Shown piece after piece: positions 42,728-55,400 of a stretch of DNA of 64,000 nucleotides. The notes under the pieces are model-generated. The model worked only from the letters and a program-made list of their open reading frames with translations. It searched no databases and was not told the origin of the DNA. The position numbers were made by a program, and so were the translations under genes. Numbering within the stretch: the first letter of the stretch is position 1; each line of letters begins with the position of its first letter. The DNA is from Eledone cirrhosa (Eukaryota): positions 9,238,001 to 9,302,000 of the forward strand of contig OZ024758.1 in NCBI GenBank assembly GCA_964016885.1. Reading direction: 5' to 3'.

Positions 42728-43043
42728 GGAGGCACATGGCTTAGTGGTTAGAGCATTGGCCTTGCAATCGAAAGGTTGTGAGTTCAATTCTCAGACCGGG
42801 TAATGTGTTGTTTCCTTGAGCAAGACACTTTATTTCACATTGCTCCAGTTTACTCAGCTGTAGAAATGAGATGATAGGGACTGGGGTCCATATCATTCCA
42901 CTGCAAAGTACTCACTGTAAATGAGGTTGGTGTTAGGAAGGGCATCCAGCTGTAGAAATCAAGCCAGAATCAGTTCCCGTCCCACCCTTGCAAGCAGGGA
43001 AAAGCGGACGTAAAATGATGATGATGATGATGATGATGATGAT
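42728..43043 (+). mobile_element. SINE family 2 copy
   Basis: Near-identical to 37686-38022, with a long (GAT)n tail. Confidence 0.85.
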
Positions 43044-43108
43044 ATACACACATTTATATATACTTACACACGCGCACACATATAAAGACATATATCGTAC
43101 GTATAGAC

Positions 43109-43152
<44 letters not shown>

Positions 43153-45543
43153 AACTATATTGGTTTTACTGCTTGCGGTGTAGCGGTTAGGTACTGATGA
43201 GTTCTACTCAATGCCAACCAAATTTCCCTGGGGGAAAAACTGGAGAGAATATATTCTTGTTTGCGTATATTATATATACATATATATTTACATACACACA
43301 TATATACATGCATGTATATAAATTTACATTCCATTTATTTACATTCCATCACCACTGATTGTATTTCTCGTTGCTTTTACCTTTGTCCGCTATCCTCTCT
43401 TATAATCTATTAATTCCTTCGGGAATCTGGCTAATTGGTTTAGGTTTATTTAATTTTTTATTTATTTATTTCTATAACCCCTTAAGATATTCTCTTTGAA
43501 ACTAAAAATTTTTTTCACGAACCCCTAAAATACTACCTTGGACCCACAATTATTTTTTATGTGAAGCCCCAAAATTCTTATATGGACCCCGGCTGAGAAC
43601 CACTGACTTGCATAAAGAGTTGTCTTTTTCCAGTGATGTATCAAAGGAATAATTACTGCTGAGAATTTTCTCACTCGCGTATGCGCACTAAACGTATTTC
43701 AAATATATTTTTATAAAAGTACTAATATTTTTCAGAATTAAAAGCTTTACAGTAAGAGTATCAAAAATAAATATACGCAAAACTGTCACTCCCCCTTCAT
43801 TGCTGACAGACGTCAAAAATGGATTCTAGATAAACTGATGATGGAGGGGAGGAGATATTTATGACAGGAGGAACAATGGAAGATGAGACATAGATTTTTC
43901 TTGTATTAAAGCTTATTTCCATCCAAGAAATGCAAATTGAAATAGATATAAAAAAAAAAGATTTAGTTGATAATTTTATCAAATATAAAATAATTGAAAT
44001 AGTGAGCCGAAAAGGAATCTAACCACCGAGGGGAGAAGATTATAAGATAAAGAAAGCTATAATCTAAAATTGCTAAGGATACTATATTACCAACTTCCTA
44101 TAATTACATACTTTCTTATAACAATGAAATATTTTATTTTAAAAACATTAGTCTTTTAGCTGGTGTATAGTAAGTTCCATCACACATATTGCTGCTATTG
44201 TCTTACGAAGGCAGTTTGAACGTCCATGTTCTTCCATCTTAGGTGGTTTGTACTTTTACAATCCATATCTCAAATTCCAATAAATATATGTTTCTATTAT
44301 AGCTCTCTCATCTTTAGCAATAAATGTAGTTGTCATGTACGTGACTACTAAACATTAATATCTCCCGTATGGAAGCATAGTTGCCGATTGCACTAATTAC
44401 GAGGAGGAGTTAATGATAAAACTCAACCACAGCACCATAATCGTTCGATCTTTTTTCTAAAATTTCATCTTTAAAACCATACACACACGAGACAAGATCT
44501 ATAACATTCTTTTAATATTTTACTGGTTCTAGTCATGAGACTGCAGCCATGTTGGGGAGCCGCCATAAAGGGATTAAATTCATCACATCGACCCCAGTTC
44601 TTATTTCTTCTAGTCTCACATTTTTTATCAACTTCTATTTGTCGAATCATTAAGTTACAGGATACACACACACACGTGTTTGCCTGTGCATATAAGGGCT
44701 TCCGCAGTTTACATTTAGCAAATTTTACATGTACTAAAGGAATTATTAACTCGAATCTGTAAGACCAAGGTGCCACGCAATGAGACTGAACCCAAAACAC
44801 GTGGTTGCCAAGCTACACCCTTAACTTGTATATTTCTATATAATAATTCAACATTAGTACTAACTTAATTCAACCGATTAAATATAGCAACAATTAAGCG
44901 ATACGAGAAATAAAATCACGGTAATTACTAGCTGGTTCAGTGCGGCCTAGATTTTTCTAAATGCTCGACCGAGATTTATGCCAACATTCAAAAGATTATA
45001 ATTCTTTAAAAGCTGATATACTCAGAACTATTTTGTGGAAGTTTTAATTCGAAACTAATAAGTTCAGTAAACTCTCTAAAAATGGTAAGACAGTACATGT
45101 AAGCATTTTAATGTCTTAAAGATGGACAAGACAAATTAGCCGAAAGATGTAGTTATATAGGACAAAGAAATAGATGGATTTACTGATGATGGTAGTGGAC
45201 AAAATAATGTGTATTTAGAAAAATAGAAAAAAGAAATTCTATATTAGTAAATATGGATATTTAGTTAACGATATGCCTACGAAAACTGGAATGGGTGAAA
45301 ATAAAATATATATAGAGTGTAGTGACTGAGAATATACATAAAAGACATGCAATTAATCGGGCACCAAGCGATTAAATCGGCCATTACATTTTGCCATTTA
45401 TTGGCGGTATTTCAGAATATGCAGTTCCCTATGAATGTTGTCAATATAACAGTTGTTCGGTTAATCTAGTTTTTGATTTCGTATTTAAAAAAAAAAAAAA
45501 AAAAAAAAAAATCATAATCATAATTTTTTTTTTTTTTAAATGG

Positions 45544-45578
<35 letters not shown>

Positions 45579-45907
45579 ACGACCTTTGATCAGAGTAATT
45601 TTCTTTAGTAGAAGTTGACTATTAAAAATTAATTACTTGTAAAAGGTAGAAATCACAGCAGGTACAAAGTACATAATAAATTAATTTTTTTCTTTGGAAT
45701 TCTTGGCTTTTTTTTTTACCTTTGTTTTAGCCAAAATTAACTCCCTTTGTTAAAAAATGAGGGTCCGTTATCCGAAAAATGGTTTGTTTAAAGGTTGCTT
45801 AAATTAACAAATTTTTGCGACAATTCACTTTAAATAACCACTTTAAGAAATGATGAAGAATAAAGAAAAATTTTAGAGCATCAATAAAGTTATGCTTTAT
45901 TACTTAC

Positions 45908-46200
45908 CAGCACACGAATAGAATTTTATCTCTCCGAGCACCTCCATTCTTTTGGAAATTCATATCATATATAATATAGTTGCACTCACTATCCGGTAAA
46001 TTCGAACAAAATTCACCCCATTCTTTCTTCACAGCATCTTCACTGAGGTCTAATTTCTCCGGTTTTGATAAAGATTTCCCTGGTATTATTGTAGTTTCAT
46101 CATCCGATAGATGGAATGTACAATACCGAGTTTTTTTGCCTGATTTAATTTCTATAAACCTATCAATAGCTTCCTGGGACACTGAAATTCCTGATGACAT
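45908..46200 (-). CDS. ADF/cofilin paralog B, coding exon 1 (MSSGISVS...RRDKILFVCW)
   Basis: Ungapped alignment to paralog A exon 1 (58/98 aa identical, hand count). It has the same 293-nt length and ends TG|GTAAGT on the minus strand. Confidence 0.93.
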
Positions 46201-46233
46201 TTTGGGATTATTGCGAAAAGAGGTTACTAAAGG

Positions 46234-46620
46234 AGACGGGGGAAATGATTTAAGCAGGAGACAAGGCTAGTCTTTATATAGTACAGCCTGGACAGGATAT
46301 AGTAGCAGCAGGAGGTGAGAGCAGACACCTTACTAGATTAGATGGAGACTAATTGAATATTTTTTTTTAAAGTTACTTCTGCTATAACATCAGTAGAGAC
46401 GAGAAAGAAAAATCGCTTTTTAGTATCCAAAGTGTTAAGACAAATAAAATAAATATTATAAAATATATTTCTGATCTCGACTTAGTTGTAAAGGGGCAAC
46501 CTGTCAGTTTGTAGAAATCTAACCAGTAGTAGTGAGTCACGAGTCAATGCCAACAACTACTATATATGGGCATACCAAACATGCGACATTAGCCGACATC
46601 CTTTTATAGCAATTTTTCTC
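46234..46620 (-). promoter_or_regulatory. Proximal promoter/5'UTR of cofilin B (copy 2 of the near-identical inverted repeat)
   Basis: Differs from 1015-1402 by 3 substitutions and one A-run indel (read base by base). The TATA box is at 46280-46272 and the AP-1 site at 46533-46539. Confidence 0.75.
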
Positions 46621-47639
46621 TTCTTTCCATCATTTCGTTCGCTAAAACATTCGTATCAACTTTTAAAAAAGAGTCTTATTTTCTACTTCAGCATTTATTA
46701 TCGCCGTTATCCGTTAACTTTTTTTATAGTTTATAGTTAACTATCTATATATTGTTTTTGTTTTTTCTTATATGTTTGAAAAGCTCATTTTCTTATTTTC
46801 TAAACTTTTATTAGCTAAAAGAAATGGCATTAGGAAAAAATATCTATGAATAGAAATTTAATTTTAAATAACTATCGCGGTTAATGTTCGTAAAATCCCC
46901 AAAATGGAAATTATTGCAATCTCCATCTAACTTCTCCCCACCCCTCTTTACCATCTCTGCCTCGTTGTAGTTCCACTACTTACTAAATTCCACCTCTTTA
47001 AAAAAACCTCTATAAATGCATTTACTAATTTTTAGTTTTCTTTTTACGGTTGGCAACACAAGCTACGTATATATTATATCTTTTCGAATGAATGAAATTA
47101 TTAGTGGTTCGAATGAATGAAATTATTAGTTGGAACAAAAACTGGATCAATCCAGCTTGCTACGTCGCCAAAACAATTATATATTTTAAATACAGCTTAC
47201 AGTGCTTGACACCCCATTTATCAGCTGTCGACGGAAGAGCACAACGACCCCCCCCCCCCCCCCCCCCACCCCCTGCTGCCGAGCAGCATTGGTGATACCA
47301 GAGAAGCTTCTGCGTTCATTTGGCGCACACTAGTATGTGTTTTTCTCCGTCACCTATGCAGGAGATCGAGTGCTGTTATAACCACTCAATATATATATAG
47401 CAGTTATTCTGTTTTACCACCTGCTGACGATTTAGTTTTTCACTCACATGTATCAGCCGTAACCACGGTGGAGCATTTTCTACTTATTTCACATCACAAA
47501 TCACTGCTCTCCTGTCTTTCCTACAGGCACTGCTAGCTACGCTTGACATAATAGATTGAACTACAAAGCCAGGCACTGCTAGCTACGCTTGACATAATAG
47601 ATTGAACTACAAAGCCAGAAATACTACACTACCTCTAAT

Positions 47640-48400
47640 GGAAACATTACACTGTTATCACCATGACTTACACAACTCCTTAAGTCTTCATATTTTAGGC
47701 TTTTCTTTTCACATGCCAATTCTATTTTGTTTCCAAGACACCATCAACTCAACAATCAACTTTTTGTCAAGTCTGTCCACCCCAATATTATTTGGGAACA
47801 CGAGCATTTTCTTTAAATTCACTTGGACTTTTAGTTATGCCATGCAAAGTAGTCTAGGTATCAGCTTTCCTTTGTTTACACTCCTTTCTCACCCTCCTTA
47901 CGGAAACCCACAGGATGCAGCTTCATGTTGATTCTCATTAAATTGACACTACTGCATTGTTTTAGTGTAACAAGGATTATGCTAGCCGACATATTCTGCA
48001 AAGAGTGACTTGTGTTGTTTGCTACTCGGACATCATTCCAACAATACATAACCTCTGAACTGGTGACAGTCGACAGTGTCACTCTAGCTCCACTATCAAA
48101 TATTGGTTGGTGGCAGAAGCACATCATACACTACACTTAGAAGGAATTGCAGCCTGGCTGACTCCATTTTTCACTACATGCTTATCAATAGCTTCCTTTG
48201 TTTAGTTGTCTCAATGGTTTCCTAATTCTACTGCCTTAAATGTGCACGCCTCTTTTTTAGTATGGTGAATTTCTTTGTTCACAATATCTTTGTTATTCAG
48301 GTAGGATATCCATTTGTGCTGCCTGTCCCAATCTCATCCATATATTCTGCATTGCATCTATCGCTTCTCATTTTCAGGGTGGTTTCTGCCACCTTAATCC
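47640..48400 (-). mobile_element. Old, decayed LINE fragment
   Basis: Minus-strand patches resembling the RT region (GFRKEG, LDYFAWH..KVQ). Highly degenerate. Confidence 0.4.
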
Positions 48401-48530
48401 ACTGAATCCTATATCACGATGCAGCTGTAGGCTTTTGGTACTCTAAACTTTTCCATTTGCAATGCTAAAGAAAGCTGGAGCTTTGCATTAGCTCTATACA
48501 GTCCAACTCCTCTGTAGTCATTCTTGTAGG

Positions 48531-48733
48531 TATGAAGGTTGGCTGAAAAGTTCATAGGATGACTATGAAGGAGGGATGTTAGAGCTGTGAAATCTTGCAT
48601 GCATTAATTTCAACTCTTCTTATTAATAACTGCATTGTCTCTTTCCAGAGTCTACGATGAAAAATAAAACTTCATTTGGTCATTCCATGAGAGTATCTTG
48701 GTCAACGTATGAACTTTTCAGCCGACCCTCATA
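48531..48733. mobile_element. Mariner-like MITE of about 200 bp; other copies at 52583-52784, 56469-56702 (inverted) and about 62448-62614
   Basis: TA-flanked TIRs TATGAAGGTTGGCTGAAAAGTTCATA...TATGAACTTTTCAGCCGACCCTCATA, with internal sequence shared among four copies. Confidence 0.8.
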
Positions 48734-50697
48734 GATTGCGATAATAGTAAACCTAGTAAATTTAATTGCAGCAGCTAAAAAATCAAAACAAAACCACAGA
48801 ATAGTAAGTGAAAGCTTGGTGCTTATGTAGATGACATTTATAAGGACATAGAGCATATGTGTGCACTATAAGTGCACCATCTTATATATATAAGCAGTAC
48901 ACTTAAGTATAAGTATGTGTATTGTATAAGTTCAGTAACTGTTCAAAAATGTAATATATAATTGTTCTAAAAATGGAACCCATTCTTTAGTATGTGGCCT
49001 TTTGGACTTATGATTATAATTCCATGGGTTTCACTCCTGGACTAGGTTGTGAGTTGTGTTCTTGAGCAAAACACTTCATTTCATGTTGCTCCAGTATACT
49101 AAGCTGAAAATGAGTAACAGCAATAGCTGGGGGTTTAATCCTACGATGGACTGATGTCCAGTCCAGGGTGGGGGGTATTGTACTCTCAGTCAACTCAGAC
49201 CATGATGAGCCTCTGGTATGTATTGTTGACTGTGTAATATATTTGTGGCTACTATGAAAAGACATCAAAAATAGAAGTTTAGCATTTATTGAGAATGTGA
49301 AAGTTTTAGACCTGCTATGTACGAGTAGTGGTATGCTTTTTTGTCTCCAGAGCTTCCATGGAGGGACTTAATCCCTTTATCATCAATACAAGACTAAGAA
49401 AGAAATTAACAATATGATATTTGGAGTCAATAGAAAATCAATGTAGTAAAAACCAAAGATCATTCAACAAGTTTCCACACTATTGAAGGGACTTAATCCC
49501 TTTAGTGCCAGAAGGCTTCATCTCTGACCCATTAGATGGATGAGTTGAATCTATAGAAACCATATTGGTCATCACTAAGGTAAAAAATAAATTTTAAATC
49601 GCAAAAGAGTTGAATGTTTATATATGCCGTATATACTTGAACATAAGATGAGGAATATGTGACCCCCAAAAAAGATCGATGGTAAAATTGGGGAGGTTGG
49701 CTTATAAACAGCATCTAAACAATGTGTTTTATAAATGGGGTTTGGATTTTTGCCCATTTTTTCTCTGACATAAAATTGATGACTGGTCACTAATTTCTCT
49801 TTTAATACTAAATATTTGTTCCAATCCAATTGTTCACTTCTAGGACATTCTTGTCTCATTCTATAGTTTGTAGAAATTCATCTTGATGACAATCATGCCT
49901 AACCCTTTTGGTACCAAACTACCTGAAACCACCCTTGGTTCTCATTAAAAAAACAAAAAAACTTTATTTTAAAGTGTTTATACTTATTTAAAAATACCTT
50001 CCATCATAATTTTGAGTAAGAACCTTTATTAAGTTATGTACCATAACCAACATAATAGTGAGAAAGTTAGCTTTATAACTAAATCCCACCAAAAATTATA
50101 GGTATTGTCTTTCATTAGAAATATGGCTGTGAAAGAGCTAAAGGAGAATGATTGAAAACTTATATTAAGAGTTCGACTTATATCTGTATTATTGATAGTT
50201 TTGAGATGTAAACATATCTATCTCTTCAGATGCTTGGAAATAAGTTAAAAACAAGATGAAAATAGTAGTTCCAAGACATGGTGTATCTTGTGAACAATTT
50301 ATCATCAAATCAAGCAAAAGTAAAAACTATTGAACAATCTAAAAATAATTTTGACCTACTCTGCCTTAAACTCTACTACAAATTGTAAATAAAACATTTA
50401 CTATCTTCCTAAACTTCTGAGGTGACAGCTCCCAGTCCCCTTTAATATGTCTTTTCCTGTTTTATATAGACTCTCATAACAATCCTTAGGTCACATTTCC
50501 TTTTAATTTGACTTCTGTTTTAAATAAATATTCACTACAAACCTAACAGGATACTTCTCTTTAATACATTTTTCTTATTCACTGTCTATAACACTGTTGC
50601 AGACTTAGAACATTTTTTATACAGATTAATTTATAACTTTTAGTGGTATGGACAATTAGTTTTGATATATATATTGGTGGCTTTGTTTTCGGAGTGT

Positions 50698-51112
50698 ATT
50701 ATTTACTATAGGGTGGATTGGCAGTATCGGTAGAGGGTCGGACGCCATGCTTTCCAGCATAGTTACGTCCCTTTACGGTCTGAGTTCAAATCCCGCCGAG
50801 GTTGACTTTGCCTTTCATCCTTACGGGGGTCGATAAAATAAAGTACCAGTAATACACTGAGTAATTTCTGGCCTTGTGCCTAAAGTAGAAACAATTATTT
50901 ACTATAGGGACGGTGGATTGGCAGTATCGGTAGAGGGTCGGACGCCATGCTTTGACGCAAAAAGTTACGGCCCTTTGCATTCTAAGTTCAAATCCCGCCG
51001 AGGTTGACTTTGCCTATCATCCTTACGGGGTCGATAAAATAAAGTACCAGTAATACACTGGGTAATTGCTGGCCTTGTGCCACAAGTAGAAACAATTATT
51101 TACTATAGGGAC
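50698..51112 (+). mobile_element. Two head-to-tail SINE family 1 copies
   Basis: Copies at about 50711-50897 and 50912-51097. The target ATTATTTACTATAGGG appears three times. Confidence 0.88.
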
Positions 51113-51265
51113 ATTCAAGGATTACTTTGCGTTTGTTTTAGGTGTATCTATGTTCAGATTTCTGTATTTGATGATTCTATTTGCTTATTTATATGATATT
51201 CTAAGAATTATCATGTATAAATTAAGTTAGTTCCATATTTGTTGCAGAGACCTAAAACTTAGATC

Positions 51266-51480
51266 AGGGGTCTCAATCACAGGTCTCGTGGGCAACATGC
51301 ATTCCATCAGCCACATGCGCCACATGGGCAAAAATGTGCCAATGGGCCACATGCATTCCATGGGCCACATGCGTCCCATGGGCCACATGTGCTGCATGCG
51401 GCGCGTGTGTTACATGTGCTACATGTGCCACATGTGTTACATGCACCCGATGGGCTACATGTGCCCCATGGGATACATGC
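51266..51480. repeat. hAT-like MITE end followed by a degenerate CATG-rich 9/18-bp tandem repeat
   Basis: Starts CAGGGGTCTCAA, followed by repeated CCATGGGCCACATG-like units. Confidence 0.55.
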
Positions 51481-51525
51481 AGAACAATTTTCGTGACTAA
51501 TATTTTCCTAAAACTTTAATATTCT

Positions 51526-51688
51526 TGCAGCAACAGTAGCAGTAGTAGCAGCAGCAGTAGCAGCAGCAGTAGTAGCAGCAGCAATAGTAGTAGCAGTAAC
51601 AGCAGCAGTAGTAGTAGCAGCAACAGTAGTAGCAGCAATAGTAGCAGCAGCAGTAGTAATAGCAGCAATAGTAGCAGCAGTAGCAGTA
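51526..51688. repeat. (AGC/AGT)n trinucleotide repeat
   Basis: Read directly from the sequence. Confidence 0.9.
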
Positions 51689-51816
51689 TTAAGCTTGGCC
51701 TGTCAACCTAATGCAAACAGACAATCAAAATTTAAGATCTGTCAGGGTCCTACTATGTTTCGCCACCCCCGAGAAAGGTAGGATTCACTTCAAGATCAAA
51801 AGCTAAAAAGTAGAAA

Positions 51817-52403
51817 TCATCATCATCATCATCATCATCACCATTGCCATCATCATCAGCATCATCATCATCGTTTACCGTCTATCTTCCACGCTAGCAT
51901 GGGTCAGACGGGAATTGTCCCACTTGAGGCAAGATTGGTTGGGTGACCGTGTCTCGCTCGTATAGGACTGTCTGGCAGGTTTTCTATGGCCGGATGCCCT
52001 TCCTAACACCAACCACGTTTACAGTATGGACTGGGAGCCTTTTTACCGTGTCTCCTACAGCGTGGACTGGGTGCTTTTTTTGTCTTGACACCTACATGAC
52101 CACTTTAGTGTGGACTGGACGTTCTGTGGTACCAACCTAACTTTACAAAGAAAGGGTAGTCTGGGTGGGAGTGAGAGGATGGAGTAGGGGCTGTGGGTTG
52201 GGGGTGTATATTTGGTTAAGAGGTGCCTACTGGCTGTAGGTTTAACTTTGTACGTAAGGGAAGGCAGGTCTTCTGTATTACTGCGTAGCGCCAAAGGTCT
52301 TGATCCAATGACATTGTCTTAGAAAGGTGTAAGTGTGCAAGGTCGGATTTTATCGTGTTCTCCCAGGTTTTTCTGGTTCTACCTACTCTGTAACTTCCAT
52401 CAA
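51817..52403 (-). mobile_element. RTE LINE 3' end (same family as 41440-42690 and about 38085-38308)
   Basis: A (CAT)n tail, GGATGCCCTTCCTAACACCAACC and the shared segment GGGGTGTATATTTGGTTAAGAGGTGCCTA...TAACTTCCATCAAT. Confidence 0.75.
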
Positions 52404-55400
52404 TATGTCCTCAATTTTCTAGACATTTAAAATACATTCTTCATCAAGATTGTTTCAAAGGCCTATTGTGATGGAGGGGTGACTGAGATTATAGAAAACT
52501 AACTCAAACAACAGAACATGGGGAAATTTTTTTTTTGGGGGGGGGGTTTAGATTTTGACAACTCATATTGGAATGGAGGGTGTATGAGGGTTAGCTGAAA
52601 AGTTCATAAGCTGACTATGAAGGAGTGATACTAGAGCTGTGAAATCTTGCATGCATTAATTTCAACTCTTCTTATTAATAACTGCATTGTTTCTTTCCAG
52701 GGACTATGATGAAAAATGAACCTCATTCGGTCATTCCATGAGAGTATCTTGATCAGCCTAAGAACTTTTCAGCTAACCATTGTACTTGAGATGACCAAAT
52801 GAATATAAACTCAATGAACTGTTCTTATGAAGAAGTTATTTTGTAAAGTGTTTTGATGAAAGAAGTCTTTCACTTTTATATGTTTCATGATTTGAATTAA
52901 AAAAGTTTTAAAAACCATTGATATCTGATATCTCCTTTTAAATGTAATAAAAGAAATTGAATTTTGTTTTTGTTTTCCTTGTTTTAATACTATTTATAGT
53001 AATTTGCCAATGAAATAGCATTCAAACACAAAAAACAACAATACCACCCACCACCTCAATTTGTTATTTAATGTTATCTGTCTGAGGTATTTTATAAATA
53101 TGGTATGTAATAAGATTTGTGATTAGTTTCCCAATCCCAAACATAGCACCTGCTTTATTATCAGCAGACTTCTTTCTATCTACTAGTCGACTTTTCTACC
53201 TCTTAACAAATCAACTGACTGACCCAAATCTAATTTCAGATAAGCTGGAATATTTTTCACAGTTATATCTATATCATATGTAAATTAACAGCTAAGATTT
53301 TAATATATTCAATATTGAGCTTCATGCCCTTGCAGAGCTAGTAACAGGCTCAGTCCAGGTGTGAAATGTAGGTACCATTTCAAAGATGATCTTTAAGTAT
53401 TTTAGTAACCAATACTACATATGATTTGAATATGGGTTACCGAACAGGCCACTACCTGCAGGAGTGAGTCCCATGAATTGGAATGGCTATTCCAATACGT
53501 CTCCCTTGCTATCCTCTAGAGCAGGGGTCCCAAACCCCCAGCCCGCGGGCTGGATGTGGCCCGTGAAGGGTTTCAATTCGGTCAGCGAAGGCCTTTATCC
53601 TGCCCGTGAGGGTTCTAAAAAGGGTACAGTTTAACAAATCTTTCCTGCTAGTTTGCTAGTGGGTATGAGGATGTATAATTTACTTCCCTTCAACTCTAGC
53701 AGCCTTCGGTCAACAGGCCAGAGAGAGGGAGAATACCGTGTTACAGAGAATGGTAATTCGCCTGGGTCAGACTAAGGTCTATACACTCACAGAAAGCATA
53801 CAACATACAGGGGTGGGAGTGGAGGCCAGGTACATATCAAATAGAGAAAAATTCCGGTTAGAAATGTATATAAGTTGGAGTTGGGGTTAATTTTAGGAAT
53901 TGAAGATTAAAACAGTGTTTAAATAAGTAGATGTTAATGATTCCAATTATAGAGTTGTGTAAATCAGGGACCTAATAATACAAATAACACAATGTTAGTT
54001 AAGCTCAGCTCAGTTGCTATCTGCTTCGGATTCCCTGCATGAAACTTGCTCATACTGCAGATTTCCACTTATACTACAAGACAAACGTTCTCACGAACCT
54101 CGGCTCGTACAGCAAATTACTTGTACAATAGGACACAGATTCTACTGTATGTGTGTGTGTGTGTAGCAATACAACACAACAAGTGTTTTAAAACCTTTTC
54201 TCTGCTAAAGTATGGGTTAGCCTTGTATGTCCCATAAGTTTCGATGTGACCTGCATCCATCCTCATCAACTCTCTGGCTTCCATTTCCTTCTCCATTATC
54301 TTTGCCATGTCTTTCTTGGTCTTCTCATTCCTCAACTTCCTTCCACATTTATTTTCACCACTCCTCTCACCTAGTCATTTTTATCCTTCCTCAACACATG
54401 ACCCAACCATCTCATTGCATTTCTCTTCACAACATTCATCACTGGCTCTACTTCCTCTGGTCAAAGGAACGTGCCAAGTAGAGAGATGCCATGCTGAAAA
54501 GGACCCGTCCAACCCATGCAAGTGTCAAAAAATGGACGATGATGATGATGATGATGATGTGTATCAAATATATCAAACCATGTCAGTTTAATTAGACTGG
54601 TGCTTGTATTTGATTTCAGTTCTGAATAAATTAAGTATCTGGTATCAATTAGTTCTGAAAGAATGTTTGGAATGTAAGCCTAACAACACATAATAAATTT
54701 AATAAACATTTGAATTTTTATTCAAGGCAACATTTAACCCTTCCATTAACATGTTTCTAATGAAATACGCTGCCTAAGTGTTTCAATTAATTTTGAAAAT
54801 CATAAAAAAGATTTTAAGGAATTTAATAATATAACTCACCATTTTAATATCCAGCAGATGTTTGCAACATTACTTAATAAAAAATTCTTTTAAAGAATGT
54901 TAATCAAACATTTTAATATATTTATTTATTTATTTATCTATTTATCATGCTAGCGTGGAAGATGGACGTTAAACGATGATGATGATGATGATGATTTTAA
55001 TAAATTTAAACATCAATATAGAACTAGTAAGCTGTGCCAGACTTGAGGAAGTATCTAGAACGTCTTACAGTTGAGAAACAAAAAACAAAATAGACAGAGA
55101 TAAGTGAAAGTAAAATAAAATAAGATAAAATAAAATGAATATTTAAAAATGGGGAGATCACAGCTCTGATATCATGGGCATCGGGTTAGAATGTCTCAGG
55201 AAAGAATCACTGGGCAGATTTTATGGCCAAAACCAACTGACAGGAGAACCAGGGGTAGACTCTGGGCAAGATGGTTGGATAGCATCCATGAGTCTAGCTA
55301 GTCTCAGTTGGGATCCAGTTTCTTCTGACAGGACCTGCTAGAAGGAGTGTTTAAGGACTCTGCCCTCATGACCCTCTCAGGAATAAGTGGGCAAAGAAGA

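Noticed and set aside
47525-47617. 46-bp direct tandem duplication (also 30-bp x3 at about 61797-61890)
   Set aside because: Ordinary local slippage duplications with no sign of function.
51288-51519. Metallothionein-like Cys/His/Met-rich ORFs
   Set aside because: They derive from a CATG-rich short tandem repeat inside a MITE end and have no gene structure.
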